64,000 nucleotides of DNA, taken from Acidobacteria bacterium UBA2990 (lineage in GTDB: Bacteria > Acidobacteriota > Vicinamibacteria > Vicinamibacterales > UBA8438). The stretch is from the NCBI GenBank assembly GCA_002347025.1, contig DEAE01000023.1, positions 174,254 through 238,253 on the forward strand. Direction: 5' to 3'. Shown in pieces: positions 55,788 to 64,000 of the stretch. The number at the start of each line of letters is the position of its first letter. The stretch's first letter is position 1. The notes beneath the pieces were generated by a model, which saw only the letters and a list, made by a program, of their open reading frames with translations, ran no database searches and was not told the DNA's origin. Made by a program: the position numbers and the translations under genes.

Positions 55788-58198
55788 TGCTCTGCGGTTT
55801 TAGGGTGCCGTTGTTAGCCAGAGGTTGGGTTTCGTTAGCGTTGTTCTTGACGCTAGGGTCTTCTGTCCAGGAGGCAAGTGCCGGCAATGAAAATCAGCGC
55901 CCGTCCGGCAGGGCACCCGAGATCTACATCGAACTGCTCGATCGTTACTGTGTGGCATGCCACAACGATCGTCTTCGGACCGGTGAAATTTCGTTTGACG
56001 GAATTTCACTAGAATTCGGAGGCGATGGTTCCGAGGTATGGGAGAAGGTTTTGCGGAAGCTAGGCACTCGGGAGATGCCTCCGCCTGGTCGACCAAGACC
56101 AACAGAGGATATTTATCGGGAGTTTGCTGGTTGGTTGGAGAAGGAGCTTGATGCGGCCGCAATGGTTCATCCTAATCCTGGCCGGTCGACCCTTCACCGC
56201 TTGAATCGTCTAGAGTACGCCAATTCGATTCGAGACCTACTTGGGCTCGAAATTGATGCCGAGGCGTTGCTGCCAGCGGACGATTTGGCCTACGGTTTTG
56301 ATAACAATGCTGACATCCTTACGGTATCGCCGGGTTTGTTTGAACGCTACATGTCAGCGGCCAGAAAAATCAGCCGTCTAGCCATCGGAGACCCCACGAT
56401 TGAAGCGGATGCTGTCCGTTATTCAATGCCTCCCTTGCAGGGTCAAGACGAGCGCATGAGCGAGGAGCTACCCTTCGGTTCCCGAGGAGGGACGGCGATT
56501 CGCCATCACTTTCCCCTCGATGGCGAATATATTATCAGGATCGCCCTTAAGGCGAATCGAGGACGCACTGAAGCACAGGAGGTGGATGTGCGTGTCGATG
56601 GGGTTCGGGTGGCGTTAGTCCGGGTGGGTCAGTGGCCTGGCTCACTAGAGCGAGAGTCAGCTTCGGGTAGTGAACCGGTGGTATTGCGGACGCCTGTAAC
56701 CGCTGGCACACATGTAGTGAGTGTGTCATTTGCCAAACGGACTGCTGTTCCTGAAGGAATGGCTCCGGCTCATCTGCCTATTTGGACCTTTTCAACGGGT
56801 AGGGGGTTCGTCGAGCGTATGGCTCTGGAGAACGTCCAGATAGAAGGTCCGTTCGCCCCTGATAGGACTGTAGGTAGACAGTGGGGGCAATCCGAGTCTG
56901 TCAGTCGACGGAAGGTGTTTATTTGTAGACCGACGACTGCGGGAGACGAGGCAGGTTGTGCGGACAAGATCTTGAGAGCTCTGGCGCGTCGAGCGTTTCG
57001 TCGAGCTCTCGACGAGGTCGATTTCCAAGTGCTTCGAAGTTTCTATGAATCAGGTAGCCGCGATGGAGGCTTTCAGGGTGGAATCCAGCGTGCCCTGGAA
57101 ATGATCCTAGTTGACCCTGAGTTTCTCTTCCGTGTGGAGCAGGACCCTGTCGAAATTGCACCGGCAACGGCCTATCGGATAAGCGATGTCGAATTGGCGT
57201 CTAGATTGTCGTTCTTTTTATGGGGAAGTATTCCAGATGAAGAGCTCCTTGAGGTTGCGATAGCCGGTAAACTTGGAGACCAGCAGGTCTTGGAGCAACA
57301 GGTTCGACGAATGCTGGCCGATGACCGCTCGAGCGTGCTTGTGTCGAGCTTTGCGGCCCAGTGGTTGCATTTACGGCGCATGAAATCGGTAACGCCAGAT
57401 GTAAACGCATTTCCAGCGTTTGATGATGGGCTGCGCAATTCACTAGTGCGTGAGACCGAACTGTTCTTACAGAGCCAGGTGGGTGGGGACCGTAGTGTAG
57501 TCGACTTACTGACGGCAGATTACACCTTCGTTAATGAACGCTTAGCTAGGCACTATGGCATCGATGGTGTGTATGGGAGCAGGTTTAGACGGGTGGTGTG
57601 GGAAGATGAACGTCGGAAGGGGCTTTTGGGTCTAGGCAGCATCCTGACGGTGACCTCATTGGCCACTCGAACCTCTCCGGTCGTGAGAGGAAAATGGATT
57701 CTTGAAAATGTGTTGGGCAGTCCTCCACCGCCCCCGCCGCCGGATGTCCCTGAGTTACCAGAACAGGCTGAGACTGGCTCTGCGAGATCAGTGCGGGAAC
57801 GATTAGAAGAGCATAGGGAAAACCCAATTTGCGCTAGTTGCCATTCTCGGATGGATCCGCTTGGTTTTGCTCTTGAAAACTTTGACGCGGTCGGAAAGTG
57901 GCGTGATAGGGATGCTGCCAATACGGCAATCGACGTGTCTGGTCTTCTACCAGACGGCACATCGTTTAATGGAATATCCGGGCTTCGGGAAGTTCTCTTG
58001 GGCCGACGTTTGGAATTCGTAGCGACAGTAACAGAGAAGCTTTTAATTTACGCCCTTGGTCGTGGGGTTGAATTCTACGATCGTCCTGCAATACGGACAA
58101 TTGTACGCGAAGCTGCAGGGGACGATTATCGATGGTCGTCGATCATCCTAGGTGTGGTAAACAGTCAACCGTTTCAGATGAGGAGATCGGAATCATGA
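55787..58198 (+). CDS. DUF1592/DUF1588/DUF1585-type protein with N-terminal cytochrome c (PSCyt-like) motif
   Basis: 803-aa ORF with a signal peptide. N-terminal CxxCH (YCVACHNDR). The C-terminal conserved block CASCHSRMDPLGFALENFDAVGKWR is typical of the planctomycete DUF1588/DUF1585 architecture. Confidence 0.75.
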   Translation: MLCGFRVPLLARGWVSLALFLTLGSSVQEASAGNENQRPSGRAPEIYIELLDRYCVACHNDRLRTGEISFDGISLEFGGDGSEVWEKVLRKLGTREMPPPGRPRPTEDIYREFAGWLEKELDAAAMVHPNPGRSTLHRLNRLEYANSIRDLLGLEIDAEALLPADDLAYGFDNNADILTVSPGLFERYMSAARKISRLAIGDPTIEADAVRYSMPPLQGQDERMSEELPFGSRGGTAIRHHFPLDGEYIIRIALKANRGRTEAQEVDVRVDGVRVALVRVGQWPGSLERESASGSEPVVLRTPVTAGTHVVSVSFAKRTAVPEGMAPAHLPIWTFSTGRGFVERMALENVQIEGPFAPDRTVGRQWGQSESVSRRKVFICRPTTAGDEAGCADKILRALARRAFRRALDEVDFQVLRSFYESGSRDGGFQGGIQRALEMILVDPEFLFRVEQDPVEIAPATAYRISDVELASRLSFFLWGSIPDEELLEVAIAGKLGDQQVLEQQVRRMLADDRSSVLVSSFAAQWLHLRRMKSVTPDVNAFPAFDDGLRNSLVRETELFLQSQVGGDRSVVDLLTADYTFVNERLARHYGIDGVYGSRFRRVVWEDERRKGLLGLGSILTVTSLATRTSPVVRGKWILENVLGSPPPPPPPDVPELPEQAETGSARSVRERLEEHRENPICASCHSRMDPLGFALENFDAVGKWRDRDAANTAIDVSGLLPDGTSFNGISGLREVLLGRRLEFVATVTEKLLIYALGRGVEFYDRPAIRTIVREAAGDDYRWSSIILGVVNSQPFQMRRSES

Positions 58199-59553
58199 TG
58201 GTCACCAAGAAGGCTTTGCCTAGACGTACTGTACTCCGTGGGCTTGGTACGGCTCTGGCATTGCCGTTACTGGATGGCATGGTTCCGGCTCTAACAGCCA
58301 CCGTGAGAAGTGCTGCGGCATTCAAACCGCGGTTGGGAGTGGTCTATGTCCCCCACGGTGCTGTGATGGACAACTGGACCCCTTCGACTGAAGGCTTAGG
58401 TTTTGAGTTCACCCCAATTCTGCAGCCATTGGAACCATTTCGAGACCGACTCCTTGTTTTGAGTGGTTTGGATCACGCTCCTGGTGCGCAAATGCCTGGC
58501 GATCCTGCTGGTGGACATGGTCGCATCACAGGAGCATTCTTGACTGGTGTACATGCCAAGCCGACCGAAGGTGCGGATTTCGAGGCCGGCCGCTCCTTCG
58601 ATCAAATCGCTGCTGAACGTCTCGGAGAAAAGACAGAGCTAGGGTCCCTTGAATTGGGGATTGGTTTGCCGGATTTCGGCGGGGCCTGTGACGCCGGTTT
58701 TAGTTGTGCGTATATCAGTACCCTATGTTGGAGTAGTCCGACCACCCCGTTGCCGATGGAAAGTAATCCACGGGCTGTTTTTGAACGGCTCTTTGGTGAC
58801 GGCACGGACACCAATCCAGCTGCTCGACTGGAGAGATTTGAAAAGGACCGCAGTGTTCTTGATGCTGTCACAGAGAAAGTGGCTCGGCTCAGGCAGACAT
58901 TAGGCGCTGCAGATCGAGCAAAACTTGGTGACTATCTTGCTGCCGTTCGAGATGTGGAACGCCGGATCGAGAGAGCCGAAGATGGCCTAGATAGAGAGAT
59001 GCCGTTAGTGGAACGGCCTGCGGCTGGCGTGCCGCCCTCGTTTGGGGAATATGTCAAGGTGATGTTTGATCTGCAGGTGCTTGCTTATCAAGCCGATCTT
59101 ACCCGGGTGATTTCATTCTTGATGACACCAGAATTAACAGCCCAGACCTATCCAGAGATTGGCGTGCCAGATGCTCATCACGCGTTGTCGCACCATGAGA
59201 ATAAACCAGATAGCCTTGCAAAATTAACCAAGGTAGGCAGCTTTCATACAGAATTATTCTCATACTATCTTGAGAAACTGAGAGCTACACAGGATGGGGA
59301 TGGGTCACTACTTGACCAGGTGATGATCATTTATGGCAGCGGTATGAGTAACAGCAATCTTCACAATATTCAAAGGTTGCCGATTTTGTTGGCTGGAGGT
59401 GGAGGAGGTCAGATCCATGGTGGTCGGCATGTGCAGTATGCCGACGGCACCCCGCTAACAAACCTTTACATGAGCCTGTTGAATAAACTGGCGATACCTG
59501 TCGAGAGCATTGGCGACAGTACAGGGCAGCTGAGAGAACTCACGGACATTTAG
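58195..59553 (+). CDS. DUF1552 family protein, Tat-exported
   Basis: ORF track gives 58132..59553. ATG 58195 overlaps the upstream stop (ATGA). Twin-arginine signal (LPRRTVLRGLGTALALP). It is the usual partner of DUF1592 proteins. C-terminal NLHNIQRLPILLAGGGGG block. Confidence 0.7.
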   Translation: MMVTKKALPRRTVLRGLGTALALPLLDGMVPALTATVRSAAAFKPRLGVVYVPHGAVMDNWTPSTEGLGFEFTPILQPLEPFRDRLLVLSGLDHAPGAQMPGDPAGGHGRITGAFLTGVHAKPTEGADFEAGRSFDQIAAERLGEKTELGSLELGIGLPDFGGACDAGFSCAYISTLCWSSPTTPLPMESNPRAVFERLFGDGTDTNPAARLERFEKDRSVLDAVTEKVARLRQTLGAADRAKLGDYLAAVRDVERRIERAEDGLDREMPLVERPAAGVPPSFGEYVKVMFDLQVLAYQADLTRVISFLMTPELTAQTYPEIGVPDAHHALSHHENKPDSLAKLTKVGSFHTELFSYYLEKLRATQDGDGSLLDQVMIIYGSGMSNSNLHNIQRLPILLAGGGGGQIHGGRHVQYADGTPLTNLYMSLLNKLAIPVESIGDSTGQLRELTDI

Positions 59554-59690
59554 AGGAGTCGAGGATCACGGCCGTTGCCTGACAGGGTCTTGGTTCCAGT
59601 TTGGTTCTATTATCCCTGGCAGTCCAGGTGGCCTGAATTACAGAATGGATTGTGGGGAGTGACAGGGCGGTCCGTTGACTAGCGGGAAAG

Positions 59691-60581
59691 GTGTCTCGGA
59701 TGTGGCGGGTTGAATATTGCGTGCCGACGGTCATTATTGTTCTACTGGCTAGCGGAAGCAGCCTAGCAGGGCAACCGAAGCCTGAGGATTCCACGAAAAC
59801 CAATTTAACAGCCGAGGTTATTGTTGAGAGAGCTCTCGAACGAATGGCAGCTCAAGAGGACTCTGGTATCGAGCTGGAGTTCAGCTCTGTGGGTCGTTCG
59901 CGAAACGACTCTATCGACGGCGATGGCAGAGTTACGAAAACAGAGACTGCCGGTTATCTTCGGTATCCAATCGAAGGCTATTTGTATGACGAGGTCACAG
60001 AGAAGGATGGATTGCCTCTCGACGAGAGTGGACTTCGTGAAGAACTGAAACGTAAAGAGAAATTTGCCAGAGAAGCTCGGGCACATGCTGCCCGTGGCGA
60101 AGAGTTTATTTTCAATGAGATGGCGATTGCATTCGACCGAGAATTGATGGTTCGGTACAACACTAGGTTGTCTGGCAATGAGGTGGTGCGGGGCTATTCC
60201 TGTTGGGTAATTGACTTTGAGCCTAAGGATGGTAGGCTGCCTGACAACCGTCGGATGGACAAAGCCTTGAATCGGTCCACAGGAACTCTCTGGATCTCCA
60301 AGAAAGATTTTGGCGTCGTCCGTGTAGCCTTTGAAATGCAAGAACCATTTCGTTATCTGTGGGGACTGGCCGCTTCACTCAGGCATGCCGAGGGTCGACT
60401 TGATTTCAAGAAAATATCGCCAGGTTTTTGGGCGCCATCGGAATTTAATCTCAGGCTTGATTTGCGAGTCTTTTTTAAGGGGATTCGTCGACACATTCAG
60501 CAAACCTGGAACGATTACGAACTCCTTCCCGTAAGTGCCAATCCTAAGTCGACACACTCAGACGCAAAGACCAATCAGTAG
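59691..60581 (+). CDS. Hypothetical exported protein, possibly LolA-like (outer-membrane lipoprotein-sorting fold)
   Basis: 296-aa ORF with a signal peptide (IIVLLASGSSLAGQ). The N-terminal LTAEVIVERALERM and the overall beta-rich C-terminal half resemble LolA-like proteins I have seen. The assignment is weak. Confidence 0.35.
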   Translation: MSRMWRVEYCVPTVIIVLLASGSSLAGQPKPEDSTKTNLTAEVIVERALERMAAQEDSGIELEFSSVGRSRNDSIDGDGRVTKTETAGYLRYPIEGYLYDEVTEKDGLPLDESGLREELKRKEKFAREARAHAARGEEFIFNEMAIAFDRELMVRYNTRLSGNEVVRGYSCWVIDFEPKDGRLPDNRRMDKALNRSTGTLWISKKDFGVVRVAFEMQEPFRYLWGLAASLRHAEGRLDFKKISPGFWAPSEFNLRLDLRVFFKGIRRHIQQTWNDYELLPVSANPKSTHSDAKTNQ

Positions 60582-61029
60582 CAACCTGTAAGGCTGCAAA
60601 TAAGGAGTAAACCGGTGATGGTTCTCCATACCAGGCTTGGGTGACGTAGGGGAAGGTCTGCTGAGTTGGGAGGCTCGCTCATTGTGGGTCAACAAGGTCA
60701 GCCAGGTTTCTCCATCTTTCAAGAGATCAGGCTTGCGGCAAAGTGCTGATAGAAGGTAGCCGTTACCTCCTTGGACTCAGGGGGAGCCTGAAGCTAGAGT
60801 GTTAACTTTGGAGACGAGGGCCCTCCGTGGCACCGGAATAGAACAGATGAAACTACAAAAATGTAGAACATGTATCAAGAAGGACACAAGGTAGTGACTA
60901 TTTCCTCGGAATTGGTAGGGAGTTGATCTGGCCTGCTGGGATTGACGCAACTTGAAAACGGCATAAACCTTTGTGAATTTGAGTTCGCGAAGGGTTTTCT
61001 GTGTTAACAGCCAATGAATTGGGTGATCT

Positions 61030-61045
61030 TGGCACGGATTGTGCA
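61030..61045 (+). promoter_or_regulatory. Candidate sigma-54 (RpoN) -24/-12 promoter upstream of porin-urtAB
   Basis: TGGCACGGATTGTGCA gives a GG-N10-GC spacing. It has one mismatch to the TGGCAC-N5-TTGCA consensus. It lies about 110 nt upstream of the porin-like ORF start. Confidence 0.45.
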
Positions 61046-61154
61046 TGGTTAACTATCAGTTTGTGTTGGGTATGCGTGTTAGCCATGGCCTTGATTGTTG
61101 AGAATTGGTGACAATGAGGCGAATCATGCCATGCCGTTTCGGAAAGGATAGCCT

Positions 61155-62378
61155 GTGTTAATTCATGGATTGCGGAAATGCGTTGTGACTACTGGGGCTC
61201 GGTGGGCTTTTAGTGGCATAGTGGCGATGGGATTTGGGGTTCCACTTGGAGTCTCCACGGTTGATGCCCAGAGTGATCCTGTGCCTGTTACGATTGGGGC
61301 TGGTATGCAGACCAGTTTCATGAATCATAAGCCCGCTGAGGGTGACGCGGTGCAGAACTTTAGGCTTAATAGCCTTCGGTTTTACCTGAATGGTCAAGCG
61401 GCGGACAAGATTAACTTTATGGTCAATACCGACATTAACTATGGCGGTACTTTGTTCGTGTGTCCTGAAGACGGCACTTGTGGCGCCGGATTTGGCAACC
61501 AGGGCAACGAGGTGCAAATTCTTGACGCAGTGGCCCAGATCGGTATCTCTGACAAGTTTAATATCTGGTTCGGTCGCCACTTGCCTCCAAGTGACCGTGC
61601 GAATCTCCACGGTCCCTACTATTCCCATCACTGGGCCGTCTTCAGCGACAGTATTCAGGACGGCTACCCGTTTATCTTTCAAGGACGCCAGAACGGGGCC
61701 ACCTATTGGGGCCAATTCGGGAAGGTGAAGCTATCTGGTGGAGCATATGATGGTTCTTCGACGGGTATTGGCAACAGTAGCACTAACTTGATGACAGCTG
61801 GACGTATTCAAGTAGACTTCTGGGACCCAGAGGCCGGTTACTATCTCAACGGGACCTACTACGGCCAGCGTAATCTTTTGGCCATTGGTCTCGCTGCACA
61901 AACCCAGGCTGGAGATGTGCAGCCACAAGTCATTGGTAATGATGGAACATTGATCGAATCGATAACTACTAAGACAGCTTCTAGCTTTGATTTTCTACTT
62001 GAGCGCATGACGGGTGGCGGCAGCGCGGTGTCTCTAGAAGCCGAATTGGTTCGCTACGATGGGTTAGGTGGCTACCCGACTATTCCAGGCTCAGCCTATC
62101 AGACGTTAACAGGCGGCTTTCTACTTGCTGCATACCTGTTCCCTGAGATGTCGGCTCAGGGTCAGTTCGAGATTCTCGCGAAGTATGGCTTGGCGAAGTT
62201 TAGTCAGGACAGGACTGCTTCGTTCCCAAACTTTCAACAGAAGACGACCGAAGTCAACTTGAACTACATCCTTAACGAGTTTAATGCTCGGTTGATGATA
62301 TTCTTCAAGAAAACCGACTATACGCGGGTTCGTATGGACGACACGCAGGTTGGTGTTGGCCTTCAAATTCAAATGTAA
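61155..62378 (+). CDS. Putative outer-membrane beta-barrel porin (possibly urea/short-chain-amide porin)
   Basis: 407-aa ORF (GTG 61155; later TTG/GTG starts are possible). Signal peptide ends STVDAQS. The sequence is rich in G/Y/N/F with alternating hydrophobic patterns typical of barrel strands. It lies directly upstream of urtA. The family was not recognised with certainty. Confidence 0.4.
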   Translation: MLIHGLRKCVVTTGARWAFSGIVAMGFGVPLGVSTVDAQSDPVPVTIGAGMQTSFMNHKPAEGDAVQNFRLNSLRFYLNGQAADKINFMVNTDINYGGTLFVCPEDGTCGAGFGNQGNEVQILDAVAQIGISDKFNIWFGRHLPPSDRANLHGPYYSHHWAVFSDSIQDGYPFIFQGRQNGATYWGQFGKVKLSGGAYDGSSTGIGNSSTNLMTAGRIQVDFWDPEAGYYLNGTYYGQRNLLAIGLAAQTQAGDVQPQVIGNDGTLIESITTKTASSFDFLLERMTGGGSAVSLEAELVRYDGLGGYPTIPGSAYQTLTGGFLLAAYLFPEMSAQGQFEILAKYGLAKFSQDRTASFPNFQQKTTEVNLNYILNEFNARLMIFFKKTDYTRVRMDDTQVGVGLQIQM

Positions 62379-62412
62379 CCAATCGTGCCCTTTATATAGA
62401 CAGGAGAAAATT

Positions 62413-63711
62413 GTGAAGCTTAAGAATGCATGTTTTACCATCTGTCTCAGCGTGTTGCTTGGCGCCTGCGGCGGTTCCGAAGAGGCAGAGTCAGATGCCT
62501 CCATGGATCCGATTAAAGTCGGTGTTTTGCATTCACTTTCTGGCTCCATGGCGATCAGCGAGACCACGTTGAAGGACACAGTGGAGATGTTGGTTGCCGA
62601 TCAAAACGCAAATGGCGGGTTGCTGGGCCGTCAACTGGAAGCGGTTGTGGTTGATCCGGCATCGGACTGGCCGTTGTTTGCAGAGCGGGCTCGTGAATTG
62701 TTGGAGTCCGAACAGGTAGACGTGGTGTTCGGATGTTGGACATCAGTGTCTCGGAAGTCGGTGCTTCCGGTGTTCGAGGAATTGAATGGGCTGCTGTTTT
62801 ACCCGGTCCAGTACGAAGGGGAAGAGTCGTCGAGAAATGTTATCTATACCGGAGCGGCTCCTAATCAACAGGCGATTCCGGCGGTTGACTACTTAATGAA
62901 TGAAGTTGGAATTGAACGGTGGGTGCTGGAAGGTACGGATTATGTGTATCCACGTACGACAAACCGTATTCTTGAGGCTTATCTTAAGCAGCAGGGCGTT
63001 GCAGATGAGGATATTTCGATCAATTACACACCATTTAGCCATTCCGACTGGCAGACCAGAGTCTCCGAGATTAGGGATTTCGGTTCAGAGGGCAAGCCAA
63101 CGGCGGTGGTGTCGACTATCAATGGTGATGCCAACGTCCCCTTCTACCTTGAGCTTGCTAATCAGGAAGTATCAGCTGAAGACATTCCTGTCGTAGCATT
63201 CTCGGTCGGCGAGGAAGAATTGTCTGGTCTAGATACTGAACCACTTGTTGGACACCTCGCGGCCTGGAATTATTTTCAGAGCATTGAATCCCCTGTGAAT
63301 AGTCAATTCATTTCAAGTTGGCAGCAGCGCATGGGTGCAGACCGGACGACCAACGATCCCATGGAGGCCCACTATATTGGTTTCAATCTATGGACACAGG
63401 CGGTGCAAGCAGCCGGAACAACTGATGTTGATGCTGTCCTAGAGGCCCTGCCTGGTCTTGAAACCCCGAACCTAACTGGCGGAACTGCCACTCTGCTTAA
63501 TAACCATCATCTGACCAAGCCAGTGTTTATTGGTGAGGTTCGAGCTGATGGTCAGTTCGATGTAGTGTGGCAGACAGATGGAACTGTGCCAGGGGATGCT
63601 TGGACTGACTATCTGCCTGGTAGTGAGGACACAGAGGCTGACTGGGTTGAGCTGAATTGTGGAAACTACAACACCCAGACCGGTGTTTGTTCCGGAACAA
63701 ACTTTGAATAG
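62413..63711 (+). CDS. urtA: Urea ABC transporter substrate-binding lipoprotein UrtA
   Basis: ORF track gives 62350..63711. GTG 62413 is preceded by AGGAG (62403-62407). Lipobox-like LLGACGG. Blocks IKVGVLHSLSGSMAISE, VVFGCWTS.SRK and FYPVQYEG are characteristic of UrtA. Confidence 0.85.
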   Translation: MKLKNACFTICLSVLLGACGGSEEAESDASMDPIKVGVLHSLSGSMAISETTLKDTVEMLVADQNANGGLLGRQLEAVVVDPASDWPLFAERARELLESEQVDVVFGCWTSVSRKSVLPVFEELNGLLFYPVQYEGEESSRNVIYTGAAPNQQAIPAVDYLMNEVGIERWVLEGTDYVYPRTTNRILEAYLKQQGVADEDISINYTPFSHSDWQTRVSEIRDFGSEGKPTAVVSTINGDANVPFYLELANQEVSAEDIPVVAFSVGEEELSGLDTEPLVGHLAAWNYFQSIESPVNSQFISSWQQRMGADRTTNDPMEAHYIGFNLWTQAVQAAGTTDVDAVLEALPGLETPNLTGGTATLLNNHHLTKPVFIGEVRADGQFDVVWQTDGTVPGDAWTDYLPGSEDTEADWVELNCGNYNTQTGVCSGTNFE

Positions 63712-63740
63712 TGCCGAACATCTACACAGAGTCTGATCAA

Positions 63741-64000
63741 GTGAAAGTATCAATATACGGCGGGTGGTGGCCGAGTCGGCTGCTCCTCGCCGTCTTGTGT
63801 GTCGGGTTGACTGTGCCCGTGTGGGCTCAAATGGATGATGATGAGTTCCGCACTGCAGTAAACAGTCTGGGTGATGGGAATTTCCGAGAAAAGCAAGAGG
63901 TAGCGGGACGCTTGCTCGATAGTGGTCATCCAGGGGTTCGAGCAATTCTGACAGCTTTAATGGACGGGCGCGTCTTTATACGCGATGAGGATTCAACAGG
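63741..64000 (+). CDS. urtB: Partial CDS (5' end), probably the long-form urea ABC transporter permease UrtB N-terminal periplasmic extension
   Basis: The frame is open from GTG 63741 to the window end (86 codons) and is not in the ORF track because it is truncated. Signal or TM stretch (LLLAVLCVGLTVPVWAQ). The position right after urtA supports the call. The function is inferred from synteny only. Confidence 0.4.
   Translation, partial: MKVSIYGGWWPSRLLLAVLCVGLTVPVWAQMDDDEFRTAVNSLGDGNFREKQEVAGRLLDSGHPGVRAILTALMDGRVFIRDEDST

Noticed and set aside
60777-61086. Two minus-strand ORFs (89 and 62 aa) inside the long spacer upstream of the porin
   Set aside because: They have unusual composition and no motifs, and they overlap the sigma-54 promoter candidate. 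They are more likely non-coding regulatory DNA.
1-64000. Search by eye for mobile elements, CRISPR arrays, rRNA/tRNA genes and defence-system hallmarks (nucleases, helicases, large ATPases)
   Set aside because: No transposase, integrase or recombinase-like ORFs were seen. There were no regularly spaced direct repeats and no tRNA cloverleaf candidates. The unusual content of this window is metabolic and periplasmic, not mobile or defence-related.

Overview
Gene-dense 64-kb chromosomal window with about 50 CDS on both strands. I saw no rRNA, tRNA, CRISPR array, transposase or integrase. The host looks like a diderm heterotroph: there is a porin-like barrel, a LolA-like protein, lipoprotein signals, and more than half of the proteins carry Sec or Tat signals. 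A DUF1592/DUF1552 pair of the kind known from Planctomycetes-like and other marine or soil diderm phyla is present. I cannot assign the phylum from sequence alone. Housekeeping anchors are hflX, proB-proA, a cyclophilin PPIase, SpoU/TrmH-type and RumA/RlmD-type RNA methyltransferases, and gabD. The rest is dominated by exported beta-propeller and repeat proteins (3 NHL, 4 PQQ-type, 1 PD40/TolB-like, 2 ankyrin, HYR-SGNH) and by lactone/CoA/aldolase-type catabolic enzymes (FAH, 7-bladed lactonase, tandem CMD, MR/MLE, HpcH aldolase, crotonase, acyl-CoA ligase, epoxide-hydrolase-like). Most interesting observations: (1) A tightly coupled six-gene operon (7226-13737) encodes a split MetH-like corrinoid relay: a homocysteine methyltransferase module, a corrinoid protein and a RACo activase. 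A URO-D/MtaA-CmuA-type zinc methyltransferase sits where the folate module would be, preceded by an aminotransferase and an unrecognised internally duplicated FPCxxxH protein. (2) Four paralogues of an unrecognised exported family (C-terminal EYACHEGN block) lie within 17 kb, each near an NHL/PAL-like propeller. (3) An exported ankyrin protein is translationally coupled to a DUF1592 cytochrome-c protein, a DUF1552 Tat protein and a LolA-like protein, with a second collinear ankyrin paralogue elsewhere. (4) A sigma-54-type promoter candidate lies in front of a porin-urtA-urtB urea uptake cluster. All functional calls rest on motif recognition by eye, with no database search. Several starts were moved from the ORF-track maximum ORF to internal starts.
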